Positions 1-9,258 of a stretch of 64,000 nucleotides of DNA are shown piece after piece (the stretch's first letter is position 1; the number at the start of each line of letters is the position of its first letter). The translations under genes and the position numbers were made by a program. This DNA comes from an uncultured Desulfarculus sp. (GTDB lineage: Bacteria; Desulfobacterota; Desulfarculia; Desulfarculales; Desulfarculaceae): NCBI GenBank assembly GCA_963665125.2, contig CAXXUK010000001.1:480001-544000 (forward strand). The letters are read 5' to 3'. The notes under the pieces were generated by a model that saw only the letters and a list, made by a program, of their open reading frames with translations, had not been told where the DNA came from and made no database searches.

Positions 1-136
1 TTTACTTCGTTTTTTTTCTGCATATTTATCGCGCTTTCCGGGCAGCAAGCCGCCGCCAGCAAATTTGTCATCAACACCGGCCAGCAAGGCCTAGGTAGAA
101 TCTATGACCGCTTAGCGGCAACGTCAAGGGCCAAGC

Positions 137-910
137 TCAGACCCTGGCGCTGAATCCCTCGGCGTAGAGCTTGCGCAGGCGCAGAACCTTGGTTTGGTAG
201 TTGCGGGTTTCGGCCGGGGGACGGCCGCCGTTTTCCACATTGGAGGGCCCCCAGTTGTAAGCCATCAGGGCCTTGCCCACATCGCCGTCAAAGCGCCTGA
301 TCATCTGACCCAGATAGCGCACGCCGCCGTCGACATTTTGCTCCGGGTCCCAAGGGTCGCTTACCCCCAGGTCCTTGGCCGTCTCGGGCATCAGCTGCAT
401 CAGGCCCATGGCCCCGGCGTGGGACAGGACGTTGGGGTCGAAGTCGCTCTCGGCAGTGACAACGGCCCTGGCCAGGTGGGGGTCGATGCCGTGGCGGCGG
501 GCCGTGCGCACCACCATATCGTCAAGCTTTTGGCGATATGCCTTTTGGGCCTGGGCCAGATTGACGCTGGCGGTTGCCGAATTGTTGACGCTTTCGTCGC
601 GGCGCACAGGAAGGGCCTTTTCCTGGACTATCGGCGTTTCATCCGATTGCACCACGGGCTGCTGGCCGTAGACCCTGGCCTTGGCCCCGGCGATATTCAG
701 ATTGGGCGCCGGAGCCTCGCTGTTGCCGATTCGGGCGGCGCTCTGATTTATCATCAATTCCGCCAGCTTGGTCAATAGCTGCTGATCGCCGCGTTCGCTG
801 GCTGAACGGATCAGGGCCGCCAGATCGGCCGGGTTTGATTGGGCGGTCTTGGGCGCCGGTAGGCCGCGGCCAATCCCCGGCTGGACGATTTCACTGGATG
901 CGACTCTCAT
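137..910 (-). CDS. Lytic transglycosylase (SLT domain at C-terminus)
   Basis: Motifs AVVTAESDF (catalytic Glu), GAMGLMQLMPETA and ALMAYNWG are typical of soluble lytic transglycosylases. Confidence 0.92.
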   Translation of the reverse strand: MRVASSEIVQPGIGRGLPAPKTAQSNPADLAALIRSASERGDQQLLTKLAELMINQSAARIGNSEAPAPNLNIAGAKARVYGQQPVVQSDETPIVQEKALPVRRDESVNNSATASVNLAQAQKAYRQKLDDMVVRTARRHGIDPHLARAVVTAESDFDPNVLSHAGAMGLMQLMPETAKDLGVSDPWDPEQNVDGGVRYLGQMIRRFDGDVGKALMAYNWGPSNVENGGRPPAETRNYQTKVLRLRKLYAEGFSARV

Positions 911-949
911 CTCAAACTCCCTGCTTTGTTTGATTGCCGGTGATTATTC

Positions 950-965
950 GCAAAATGCGGGCCAA
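950..965 (-). promoter_or_regulatory. Sigma-54 (RpoN) -24/-12 promoter of the transglycosylase gene
   Basis: The minus strand reads TTGGCCCGCATTTTGC, i.e. GG-N10-GC with the TGGC...TTGC consensus, about 40 nt upstream of the ATG. Confidence 0.7.
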
Positions 966-1038
966 GTGCACACCGCCCTTGCCCGGCGGGCCCCCGAGTA
1001 GGCAGAATTGACTAAACGAGTCTTTCAGGGAGGAACCC

Positions 1039-2619
1039 ATGCAAATGGAGCAATGGGGTGTTTGTGATATAAACCGCCGGGACTTTCTCCATGCGGCTGG
1101 AGCCGCCGCCCTGGCCGTGCCGGTGTGGCTGGGCGCGGTGGGCAGGCCTCATCTGGCTTTGGCCGCCCAGGACGCGGCGCCCTGCGGAGATTATTTCGCC
1201 ACGGCCTTCGGCATCGGCGACGAGGACTGCCGCAAGGTGCTGAGAAGGGCCATGGACGGCGGCGGCGATTTCGCTGACCTGTTTTTTCAGCACAGCGTGT
1301 CCAACTGGATCGTGCTGGAAAACGGCAAGGTCAACCGGGCCTTCACCAGCGTGGCCCTGGGCGTGGGCGTGCGGGTTGTCCGGGGACAGCGCAGCGGCTA
1401 CGCCTTTGCCCAGGCCATGGACCTGCCGGTGCTGCTGGAGACGGCGGCCAACGCCGCGGCCCTGGCCGCCGCGGGAGGATCGCCCCAGGGCGCCAGGGGT
1501 GTGGAAGTGGCCCATCCGGCCCTGAAACCGGGGCTGGACCTCTATCCGGTGAACACGCCGTGGGACGAGGTGCCGGTCCCGCAACGCATGAAGCTGGTCC
1601 GCGAGGTGGAATCGCGGATTTTTGCGGCCGACAAAAGGATAGTCAAGGCCACGGTGCAACTGCGCGACACCTCCAGCCAGGTCATGGTCGTCACCAGCGA
1701 GGGCGTCAAACGCTGCGACATGAGGCCCCGCACGGGCCTGGTGGCCAGCGTGGTGGCCGAACACGACGGCCGCCGGGAAAACAACCACTACGACGTGACG
1801 GCCAGGACCGGGGTTGAACTGTTCGACCAGGAAGTGCTGGCCGAGATCGCCGACGGCGCGGTGGACCGGACTCTTCGCCTGTTCGAGGCCCGGCCCATGC
1901 GGCCCGGCGAAATGCCCCTGGTCATGGCCGCGGGCTCGTCGGGCATATTGCTGCACGAGGCCATCGGCCACGGCCTGGAGGCCGACTTCAACAAACGAAA
2001 CATCAGTACCTTTTCCGGGCGTCTGGGCCAGAAGGTGGCCGGGCCAGAGGTCACGGTGGTGGACGATGGGACCATCGCGGCCTCCCACGGGGCCATCAAT
2101 TTCGACGACGAGGGCTCGGACAGCCAGCGCACGGTCCTGGTGGAAAAGGGCGTGCTCTCATCGTATCTGCACGACCGCATGACCGCCGATTTCTATAAAA
2201 CAGCCACCACGGGCAACTGCCGCCGCCAGAGCTTCGAGTACGCGCCCATGCCCCGCATGCGGGCCACATACATGGAGCCCGGCCCGCACAAGGCGGCGGA
2301 GATCATCGCCAGCGTCAAAGACGGCCTCTACGCTGAGCAGTTCACTAACGGCCAAGTGGATATCGGCTCGGGCAGTTTCAGTTTTTACGTAAAAAGCGGC
2401 TGGGCCATAGAAGGCGGCAAGTTGACCTACCCGGTCAAGGACATAAACGTGATCGGCAACGGGCCCGAGGTCTTGGGCCGCATATCCATGGTGGCCGACG
2501 ATCTGGCTCTGGCCCGCAGCGGATTCACCTGCGGCAAGATGGGCCAGAGCGTGCCCGTGAGCCAGGGGCTGCCCACCGCCCTTGTGTCATCCATAAACGT
2601 GGGAGGGGCTCATGGCTGA
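1039..2619 (+). CDS. tldD: TldD-family metalloprotease catalytic subunit with an N-terminal twin-arginine signal
   Basis: LLHEAIGHGLEAD (HExxGH), PMPRMRATYM, C-terminal CGKMGQ; the N-terminus has NRRDFL followed by a hydrophobic stretch and ALA. RBS GGAGG. Confidence 0.93.
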   Translation: MQMEQWGVCDINRRDFLHAAGAAALAVPVWLGAVGRPHLALAAQDAAPCGDYFATAFGIGDEDCRKVLRRAMDGGGDFADLFFQHSVSNWIVLENGKVNRAFTSVALGVGVRVVRGQRSGYAFAQAMDLPVLLETAANAAALAAAGGSPQGARGVEVAHPALKPGLDLYPVNTPWDEVPVPQRMKLVREVESRIFAADKRIVKATVQLRDTSSQVMVVTSEGVKRCDMRPRTGLVASVVAEHDGRRENNHYDVTARTGVELFDQEVLAEIADGAVDRTLRLFEARPMRPGEMPLVMAAGSSGILLHEAIGHGLEADFNKRNISTFSGRLGQKVAGPEVTVVDDGTIAASHGAINFDDEGSDSQRTVLVEKGVLSSYLHDRMTADFYKTATTGNCRRQSFEYAPMPRMRATYMEPGPHKAAEIIASVKDGLYAEQFTNGQVDIGSGSFSFYVKSGWAIEGGKLTYPVKDINVIGNGPEVLGRISMVADDLALARSGFTCGKMGQSVPVSQGLPTALVSSINVGGAHG

Positions 2620-3973
2620 GACCAGACAGCAGAAGATGCAACGCCACGCGGCCCTGGCCCTGGATTTGGCTAAAAAGGCCGGGGCGTCCCAGGCGGCCGT
2701 GGATGTGAGCCACTCCCGGTTCGCCCAGGCCAGCTTTCGCGACGGCGACATGGACCGGGCGTCGTCCTCGGCCAAGCAGGGCCTGAGCCTCAGCCTGTTC
2801 ATCGAGGGCCGCTACGCCGTGCACAGCACCAGCGACCTGCGGGCTGACGCCCTGTCCGAGTTTGTCCGGGACGCCGCGGCCATGACCAAACTGCTCGAGC
2901 CAGACCCCCTGCGCTCTCTGCCGCCGGAGGACCTGCTGGCCAAGCCGCCGGAGCCGGACCTGCGCGTCTATGACCAGGCCGTAGCCGACAAGTCCGCCGA
3001 ATTTTGGGTGGAGCGTGCCGCCCTCATGGATGAACTGTGTAAGGAGGTGGCGGCAGACGCGCCCTACAAGCTGGTGGGCACCCAGAGCGGGTCCTATGGC
3101 GAAAAGGCATCCGAGTTGATGGCCAACAGCGAGGGCTTCATGGGCGGCCTCAGCGAGACGGTGTGCTACAACAGCGCCAACCTGGTGTTCATGGACCCGG
3201 GCAATGCCGGAGCCCGTCAGATGGGCTTCTGGGGCGAAATAGACCGCACTTTGGCGGGCATCGGCGGCCGGGGCCAGATGACCGCCGTGGCCCAGATCGC
3301 CTTGGAGCGGGCGGCTCGCCAGATGAACGCCAAGCCCGGCCCTTCGGGCAAATTCCCGGTGGCCGTGGAAAACATCGCCGCCACCAAATTGGTCCAGGAC
3401 CTGCTAAGTTGCCTGGCCGGAGCGGCGGTTGACCAGAAACGCTCCTGGCTTAGCGAAAGCCTGGGCCAGGTCATGGGCAGCCCTCTGCTGACGCTCGTCG
3501 ACGATCCGCTCATTTGGGGCGGACTGGGTTCGCGCTGGTACGACAATGAAGGCATGGCCGTGGGCCGCCGGGAGTTGATCAAACGGGGCGTGCTGGATCA
3601 GTTCCTGCTCAACACCTATTACGCCAAGCGCCTGAAAATGAAACCCAACAGCGGCTCCACCAGCAACGTGACCATTGAGCCGACCCATGGTCATGGTTTC
3701 GCGGACCTGCTGGCCGTACTGCAAAACGGTCTGGCCGTGACCAGCTTCCTGGGCGGCAATTTCAACGCCACCACGGGCGATTTTTCCTTTGGCGTACGCG
3801 GGCTGTGGATCGAAGGCGGCAAGGTGGCCCAGGCGGTCAAGGACATGAACATGTCCGGCAATTACCGTGGGCTTTGGTCCGGGCTTGCCGCGGTGGGCGG
3901 CGATCCGTATCCCCATTCCCGCATCGGCGCGCCGAGCATGGTCTTCAGCGAGGTGCAATTGGCCGGGGCATAG
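2612..3973 (+). CDS. pmbA: PmbA/TldE-family partner subunit
   Basis: Overlaps the tldD end; DNEG motif, GNFNATTGDFSFG and no HExxH, as is typical of PmbA/TldE. Confidence 0.9.
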   Translation: MAETRQQKMQRHAALALDLAKKAGASQAAVDVSHSRFAQASFRDGDMDRASSSAKQGLSLSLFIEGRYAVHSTSDLRADALSEFVRDAAAMTKLLEPDPLRSLPPEDLLAKPPEPDLRVYDQAVADKSAEFWVERAALMDELCKEVAADAPYKLVGTQSGSYGEKASELMANSEGFMGGLSETVCYNSANLVFMDPGNAGARQMGFWGEIDRTLAGIGGRGQMTAVAQIALERAARQMNAKPGPSGKFPVAVENIAATKLVQDLLSCLAGAAVDQKRSWLSESLGQVMGSPLLTLVDDPLIWGGLGSRWYDNEGMAVGRRELIKRGVLDQFLLNTYYAKRLKMKPNSGSTSNVTIEPTHGHGFADLLAVLQNGLAVTSFLGGNFNATTGDFSFGVRGLWIEGGKVAQAVKDMNMSGNYRGLWSGLAAVGGDPYPHSRIGAPSMVFSEVQLAGA

Positions 3974-4052
3974 CTTGCGCCGGGCCGCCGGCTGCGCTAT
4001 GGTGGATGCCGCGCCGTGTTGGCGGGGCATTGCTCAAATACTGCGAGGAATA

Positions 4053-4676
4053 ATGGGACTTTTCAAAGGTAGCGCCTCCATAAGCCGCTATGAGGCCACG
4101 GTCAGCGACCGCATCGGCTTCTGGGATTTCGTGGACGAACGGGTGCGCATGTTCGCCTTCCGGGATATCGAAGACAGCGCCGATGAAGTGGCCGTGGGTT
4201 GGGTCTCGGCAACGGATTTCATGGACACGGCCTTTCAATACGCCTCGTACGCCTTGGACCCATACGTGGTCATGGGTCTGCGCATCGACAGGCGCAAGCT
4301 GCCGGCCGGGGTGCTGCAAAAGTATTTCCGCATGGCCGTGGCCAAGGCCAAGGCCATGCGCGAGGACGGGGTCATCAGCCGGGCCGAGCGGGAGACGCTC
4401 AAGGAAAAGGTCAAGCTGGATCTGCTGACCCGCATTCCGCCGGGCACCCAGGTGTTCGACGTGGTCTGGGACACGGCCAAGGGAACGGTGTGGTTCGGCG
4501 GGGCCTCCAGATCGATGCTGGATATATTCGAGGACTATTTCCGGCGCTGCTTCCAGGTGGAACTGATGCCCCGGCTGCCGTATTTCATGGCCCGGTCACT
4601 GCTGCCCGGCGAGGAAAACACCCAACGCCTGGAGCATGCTGCACCTTGGGATCTTAGCGGCGGGGAGGCGGCCTGA
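4053..4676 (+). CDS. RdgC-like recombination-associated protein (N-terminal-type half)
   Basis: MGLFKGSASISRY start, GWVS motif and LRIDRRKLP resemble RdgC-family proteins. RBS GAGGA before ATG 4053. Confidence 0.65.
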   Translation: MGLFKGSASISRYEATVSDRIGFWDFVDERVRMFAFRDIEDSADEVAVGWVSATDFMDTAFQYASYALDPYVVMGLRIDRRKLPAGVLQKYFRMAVAKAKAMREDGVISRAERETLKEKVKLDLLTRIPPGTQVFDVVWDTAKGTVWFGGASRSMLDIFEDYFRRCFQVELMPRLPYFMARSLLPGEENTQRLEHAAPWDLSGGEAA

Positions 4677-5194
4677 TGGACGTACTGAGCCTTCTTAACG
4701 AATACGTGTTTCTGGGTCAGGAGTTTCTGACCTGGCTTTGGTATGAAAGCGAGACCGAGCAGCAGCTGACCCTGGACAGCGGCAAACAGGTCTTGTTGAT
4801 GCTGGGCGACCGCTTGGTCTTGGGGCCGGTGCAGGGCTCCGAGGGCGTGCGGGTCACGGTCAAGGGCCAGGAGGTGTCATTGGCCGAGGCCAGGGAGGCC
4901 CTGCGCCGAGGCAAGCAGGTGGAGGCCATGCGCCTGGGCCTGGAGATCGACGGCGAGGAGTTTTGGATGAACCTGCGGGGCGCGGACCTGGCCGTGTCAT
5001 CCATGCGCATGCCGCCCACCGCGCCGGGCGAAGACGGCGAGGAGGGCCTGATTCTGGAGCGCATCGCTCTGGCCGAAACGGCGCTGGCCACCATTGAGGA
5101 GCTTTTCGGGCGCTATCTGGCCCGCCGTTTGGATGACCACCAGGCCCAGGAACTGTTGCGGGACCTGCGGCAGTGGGTGGCCGGGCAGGAGTAG
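4676..5194 (+). CDS. Conserved hypothetical protein, RdgC-related partner
   Basis: FLGQEFLTWLWY and EAREALRRGK motifs; translationally coupled (TGATG) to the upstream gene. Confidence 0.6.
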   Translation: MDVLSLLNEYVFLGQEFLTWLWYESETEQQLTLDSGKQVLLMLGDRLVLGPVQGSEGVRVTVKGQEVSLAEAREALRRGKQVEAMRLGLEIDGEEFWMNLRGADLAVSSMRMPPTAPGEDGEEGLILERIALAETALATIEELFGRYLARRLDDHQAQELLRDLRQWVAGQE

Positions 5195-5201
5195 GGCGCT
5201 G

Positions 5202-5513
5202 ATGGTCAGGGTGCTGTTTCAGCTATTGATAATCGTGCTGTTGAGCCTGTCGCTGCTATTGTACATCACCTACCGCGGCATGGGCCCAATGACCGATGCA
5301 GAGGCCCTGGTGCGCTGGAGCGCCCTGGTGGTCCAGGACGCCCCGTCAGCGAACTTTGTAAAGGAGATATACGGCACAGGCCCGCCGCAGTGGGCCATGC
5401 GCCTGTCGGTGGCCTGGGAGCGGGCCAATGTGCTGCATTTCTGGTGGCTGCCCCTGGTGCTCCTGGGTGCGTTGTGGTTGGTCAACCGCTCCGTCAGGCG
5501 GCGATCGGGCTAG
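5202..5513 (+). CDS. Hypothetical membrane protein
   Basis: Two hydrophobic segments; the ATG lies 7 nt after the previous stop. Confidence 0.6.
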   Translation: MVRVLFQLLIIVLLSLSLLLYITYRGMGPMTDAEALVRWSALVVQDAPSANFVKEIYGTGPPQWAMRLSVAWERANVLHFWWLPLVLLGALWLVNRSVRRRSG

Positions 5514-5941
5514 CCTTTGGCCGCGTTGGCCGCCGCCGTGCTGATGCGGTCCTTGATGTAGCCGATCACCGACAGATCATCGGCATCGGCGTCAAAGCAG
5601 TACCCATCCGACCCCAGCAGGCCGCCGGGGATGATGTCTCCGGCCTCGTCGGGGTCATCGACCTCGTCGGCGTAAAAACACACCGACAGCACCATTTCGT
5701 CGCCCATGGGCACGGCATCGGCCATGCAGAACAGTGGGCGCTCCCGCCCGTCGGGACGCGGGGACACATCCAATCGCAGGCTGTTGGTTATGCCGGGCCT
5801 GGCGATGAATTCCCAGGCAACCCCGTCGATGGACTCGGCGTGCTCCTTTAGCGAGACATAAGCCTCTTTGACATCGGCCTGGTCTTCAGGCCAGGTGTCC
5901 AACAATTTTTGTAATTCCTGTGCGCCCTTGTTTTCAGCCAT
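5510..5941 (-). CDS. Conserved hypothetical acidic protein
   Basis: RBS GGAGG before ATG 5941; host-like codon usage; LSVCFY and GYCFD motifs. Confidence 0.75.
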   Translation of the reverse strand: MAENKGAQELQKLLDTWPEDQADVKEAYVSLKEHAESIDGVAWEFIARPGITNSLRLDVSPRPDGRERPLFCMADAVPMGDEMVLSVCFYADEVDDPDEAGDIIPGGLLGSDGYCFDADADDLSVIGYIKDRISTAAANAAKG

Positions 5942-5996
5942 AGCTGCCTCCATATAGCAAAGATCGTCCAATTCCAGCGGCGCGATCGTTGGTCCG

Positions 5997-6551
5997 TCAG
6001 TCCAGTTGCCCGAGCTTTTTCTTCAGTTCCCGGCGGCGCTTGAGGTCGGCGTCGTCCGGGTCGACTCCGCTGACCTTGAAATACTCCTCAAGGTATTTGA
6101 GGGCCGCGGCGGGCTTGCCCTGCTGCTCGTAAATGATCGAACTCATCATGTACGCGGCCGGGAGCATCATCCGCAGCACCTTGTACATGGATTCGTTGGG
6201 GTTGTGCGTGTAATAGGCGATGACCCGTTCTTGTTTGTCGGTGATGGTCTTGAAGTCGGCCAGGGCCTCGTTGTATTTGTGCTGCACAAAGTAGGACATG
6301 CCCCGGTTCTGATAGGTGTAGAGTTCCTGGGCCCAGTTGAGTTTGCCTGATTTCAGGGCCTCCTGGCAGGCGTCGAACACCAGCTTGAAATCGCCGGTCT
6401 GCTCGGCCTGGGCGATTTTATTGATCAACTCAGCGCCCGGGTCGGTTTGCTGCGCCTGGGCTGTCGGCTGGGCTTGTTCTTGGGCGGCCATGGCCGGCAC
6501 GGCCAGGCAGACCAGGGCGGCTGCGATTATCAAGGCCTTTGTCAGATTCAT
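5997..6551 (-). CDS. Secreted tetratricopeptide-repeat protein
   Basis: Sec signal peptide (MNLTKALIIAAALVCLAVPAMA) and TPR-like segments (YQNRGMSYFVQHKYNEALADF). Confidence 0.75.
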   Translation of the reverse strand: MNLTKALIIAAALVCLAVPAMAAQEQAQPTAQAQQTDPGAELINKIAQAEQTGDFKLVFDACQEALKSGKLNWAQELYTYQNRGMSYFVQHKYNEALADFKTITDKQERVIAYYTHNPNESMYKVLRMMLPAAYMMSSIIYEQQGKPAAALKYLEEYFKVSGVDPDDADLKRRRELKKKLGQLD

Positions 6552-6645
6552 GGATCGGCTCCATTTGATGTTTGCAACGGGGATTATTGTGGCACAGCAA
6601 CCCCCGGCGGGCAAGCGAACCGGCGCTGCCGGGGGCTATGGCATG

Positions 6646-6673
6646 AAAAAAGCCGGTTTGATACCGGCTTTTT
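6646..6673 (-). terminator. Intrinsic terminator downstream of the tRNA
   Basis: AAAAAAGCCGGT-ttgat-ACCGGCTTTTT hairpin with flanking A/T tracts. Confidence 0.8.
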
Positions 6674-6680
6674 GCGTTTA

Positions 6681-6756
6681 TGGTGGAGCCGAGCGGGCTC
6701 GAACCGCCGACCTGCGCGTTGCGAACGCGCCGCTCTCCCAGCTGAGCTACGGCCCC
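6681..6756 (-). tRNA. tRNA-Ala (anticodon CGC)
   Basis: The reverse complement GGGGCCGTAGCTCAGCTGGGAGAGCGGCGCGTTCGCAACGCGCAGGTCGGCGGTTCGAGCCCGCTCGGCTCCACCA folds as a cloverleaf with a G3:U70 pair, anticodon CGC and an encoded CCA. Confidence 0.97.
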
Positions 6757-7009
6757 ATGATGGTGTGCGCCCATAGCGGCGCAGTGGTTTTTATACAGTC
6801 CCGGAGCGCCAAAGTCAACAGCGCCAACAACGGCGAAGGCCCTGAAATCAAAGTTTATCATCGGCAAATTGATGGTTTCGGGGGCTCGACACCAGGCCCC
6901 CGGCATGCTAGCATCGCTTTCATGATGCGGCGGATGACCCGCGCAAGGGGCAAACGCCACGGGAACCCGCCTTTGAAACAAGGCGCAGATTCGGATGGCG
7001 AGGAGCATT

Positions 7010-7597
7010 ATGGGCCGTGCGGCAAAGTTGGAGCGCAATACCAAGGAAACCAAGATCAAGCTGAGCCTCGATCTTGACGGCACCGGCAATGCCGATATCC
7101 AGACCGGCGTGGGCTTTTTCGACCACATGCTGACCCACATAGCCTTTCACGGCCGGTTTGACCTCAGCGTGCGGGCCCAGGGCGACCTGGAAGTGGATTC
7201 CCACCACACGGTGGAGGACGTGGGCATCTGCCTGGGCGCGGCCCTGAAGCAGGCCCTTGGCGACAAGGCGGGCATCACTCGTTTCGGCAGCGCCTTCGTG
7301 CCCATGGACGAATCCCTGGCCCAGGTGGTGCTGGACTTGAGCAACCGGCCTCTGATGAGCTTCAAGGCCGAAAAAATCCCCGGCACGGTTGGCGCCTTTG
7401 ACGGCCAGCTTGCCGAGGAGTTTTGGCGGGCCCTGGCCAACAGCGCGGGCATCACTCTGCATGTGATCTTGCACTACGGCACCAATGACCACCACCTGCT
7501 GGAAGCTGCCTTCAAGGCCCTGGGTCGGGCGCTGAAACAGGCCGTGGCCATCGATCCCACCGCGCCGGGCGTGGTTTCCACAAAGGGGGTGTTGTGA
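7010..7597 (+). CDS. hisB: Imidazoleglycerol-phosphate dehydratase
   Basis: RNTKETKI, FFDHML, DSHHTVED, NDHHLLEA and STKGVL motifs. Confidence 0.97.
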   Translation: MGRAAKLERNTKETKIKLSLDLDGTGNADIQTGVGFFDHMLTHIAFHGRFDLSVRAQGDLEVDSHHTVEDVGICLGAALKQALGDKAGITRFGSAFVPMDESLAQVVLDLSNRPLMSFKAEKIPGTVGAFDGQLAEEFWRALANSAGITLHVILHYGTNDHHLLEAAFKALGRALKQAVAIDPTAPGVVSTKGVL

Positions 7598-8304
7598 GAC
7601 GTTTTATCCGTAACATGACAGCGCTGTCGGCCTTGCTGATGGTGCTGGCCGGCTGCGCCGCCGTCAGGTCCGAACCGGACCTGGCCAAGGGAGACACCTG
7701 GCAGCCCGCCACCGTGGCCGTACTGCCCTTCGAGGCCGTGGAGGCCAAGGAGGCCGGTTCTGGCTATGCCGTGGGGCCGCTGACCGGTTCTCTCTACACC
7801 TCAGGGCCTATCATACCCGGCGCGGCGTCGGCGTTGAATTCTGCCCTGGAATCGCAGATCAAAGCCAGCACCAACCTGCAACTTATCGACAGCGCCATAG
7901 CCGCCGACGCCTGGCGTGATTTCTCGGGCCGGGGCGTCAAGGTTCCCGGTTTGGCCGATGTGGCCGCCGTGGGCCGCACTTTGGGCGTGGACGCCGTTTT
8001 CGTGGGTTTTGTCTACCGCTTTGAACAGCGCCAGGGCACGGCGGCGGCCGCGGAAAACCCGGCTGCTGCGACCTTCAACCTGATGCTCGTGCGTTCATCC
8101 GATGCCCGCATCGTGTTCAAGGGCGTGTTCGACGAGCGGCAACAGGCCCTGAGCCAAAATCTTCTCAACCTGGGCCAATACATGCGACACGGCCTGCAGT
8201 GGTACACCGTGGAACAACTGGGCCGGGTGGGCATGGAACAGGTCTTCGAGACGTTCCCCTGGCCCAAAGAGTCACCATCGGCAGCAACCAACCAGGAGCA
8301 ATAA
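7594..8304 (+). CDS. Putative lipoprotein (CsgG/LpoB-like alpha/beta fold possible)
   Basis: Lipobox LAGC after a hydrophobic leader; VAVLPF and LGVDAVFVG motifs. Confidence 0.7.
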   Translation: MRRFIRNMTALSALLMVLAGCAAVRSEPDLAKGDTWQPATVAVLPFEAVEAKEAGSGYAVGPLTGSLYTSGPIIPGAASALNSALESQIKASTNLQLIDSAIAADAWRDFSGRGVKVPGLADVAAVGRTLGVDAVFVGFVYRFEQRQGTAAAAENPAAATFNLMLVRSSDARIVFKGVFDERQQALSQNLLNLGQYMRHGLQWYTVEQLGRVGMEQVFETFPWPKESPSAATNQEQ

Positions 8305-8305
8305 C

Positions 8306-9028
8306 ATGGAAGCCATACCGGCCGTTGACCTCAAGGGCGGCCGTTGCGTGCGTCTGCGCCAGGGGCGCATGGACGACGAAACGATATTTTCCGACGATCC
8401 CGTGGCCATGGCCCGCCGCTGGCAGGACGTGGGCGCCGGGCGTCTGCACGTGGTTGACCTCGACGGCGCGATCCAGGGCGTCCCGGCCAATGCGAATGTG
8501 ATCAAGGCCATCTGCGCCGAATTGGACATCCCGGTGCAGCTCGGCGGCGGAGTGCGCGACCTGGACGGACTGGCCGCGGCCCTGGATCTGGGCGTGGACA
8601 GGGTCATCCTGGGCACCATGGCCGCCAAGGAGCCCGAAACGGCCCTGGAGGCCGCCCGGCGTTTTCCCGGCCGGGTGGTCATCGGCATCGACGCCCGTGA
8701 CGGCAAGGTGGCCATCGCCGGGTGGACCGAAACCAGCGAGCTGGATTTTCTGGAGGCCGGACGCCGCTTTGACGCCGAGGGCGTGGCGGCCATAGTCTTC
8801 ACAGACATCTCCCGGGACGGCATGCACTCCGGGCCCAACTTGGAGTCCACGGCCAAGCTGTGCCAGGCCGTCAGCGTGCCGGTCATCGCCGCCGGAGGCG
8901 TTCACGACATCGACGATGTAAAACGCATGCTGGCAATGGAACACCTCGGCCTGGCTGGCTTCATCACCGGCAGGGCCATCTATGAGGGCACCCTGGACCT
9001 GGCTGAAGCGCTCAAACTCTGCAAATAG
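8306..9028 (+). CDS. hisA: ProFAR isomerase (HisA)
   Basis: IPAVDLKGGRCVRLRQG, LHVVDLDGA, QLGGGVR and TDISRDG motifs. Confidence 0.97.
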   Translation: MEAIPAVDLKGGRCVRLRQGRMDDETIFSDDPVAMARRWQDVGAGRLHVVDLDGAIQGVPANANVIKAICAELDIPVQLGGGVRDLDGLAAALDLGVDRVILGTMAAKEPETALEAARRFPGRVVIGIDARDGKVAIAGWTETSELDFLEAGRRFDAEGVAAIVFTDISRDGMHSGPNLESTAKLCQAVSVPVIAAGGVHDIDDVKRMLAMEHLGLAGFITGRAIYEGTLDLAEALKLCK

Positions 9029-9044
9029 TCTTAATGCAGGCATC

Positions 9045-9083
9045 AGGGCCCGTTTCTTGTCTTCACGAGAAACGGGCCCTTTT
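9045..9083 (+). terminator. Intrinsic terminator after hisA
   Basis: AGGGCCCGTTTCTTGT-cttc-ACGAGAAACGGGCCCT followed by TTT. Confidence 0.8.
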
Positions 9084-9258
9084 ATACCCCACAATTATTT
9101 GACAGCAGCCCAGCCAACTCATAAAAATCCCCAATCCAACCACCACCTCTTTATGGGCTTATTGCGTTGGATTGCCAACTAGTTCAGAATAAATTGAACA
9201 AGCATGTTTGCCGCATGTCATTGATGGTTAAAAAACCTGATCGTTGCGTGGAGCACCC

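Noticed and set aside
6600..6760. tRNA-Ala as the integration site of an island
   Set aside because: No integrase, no duplicated tRNA 3' end and no compositional shift were noticed.
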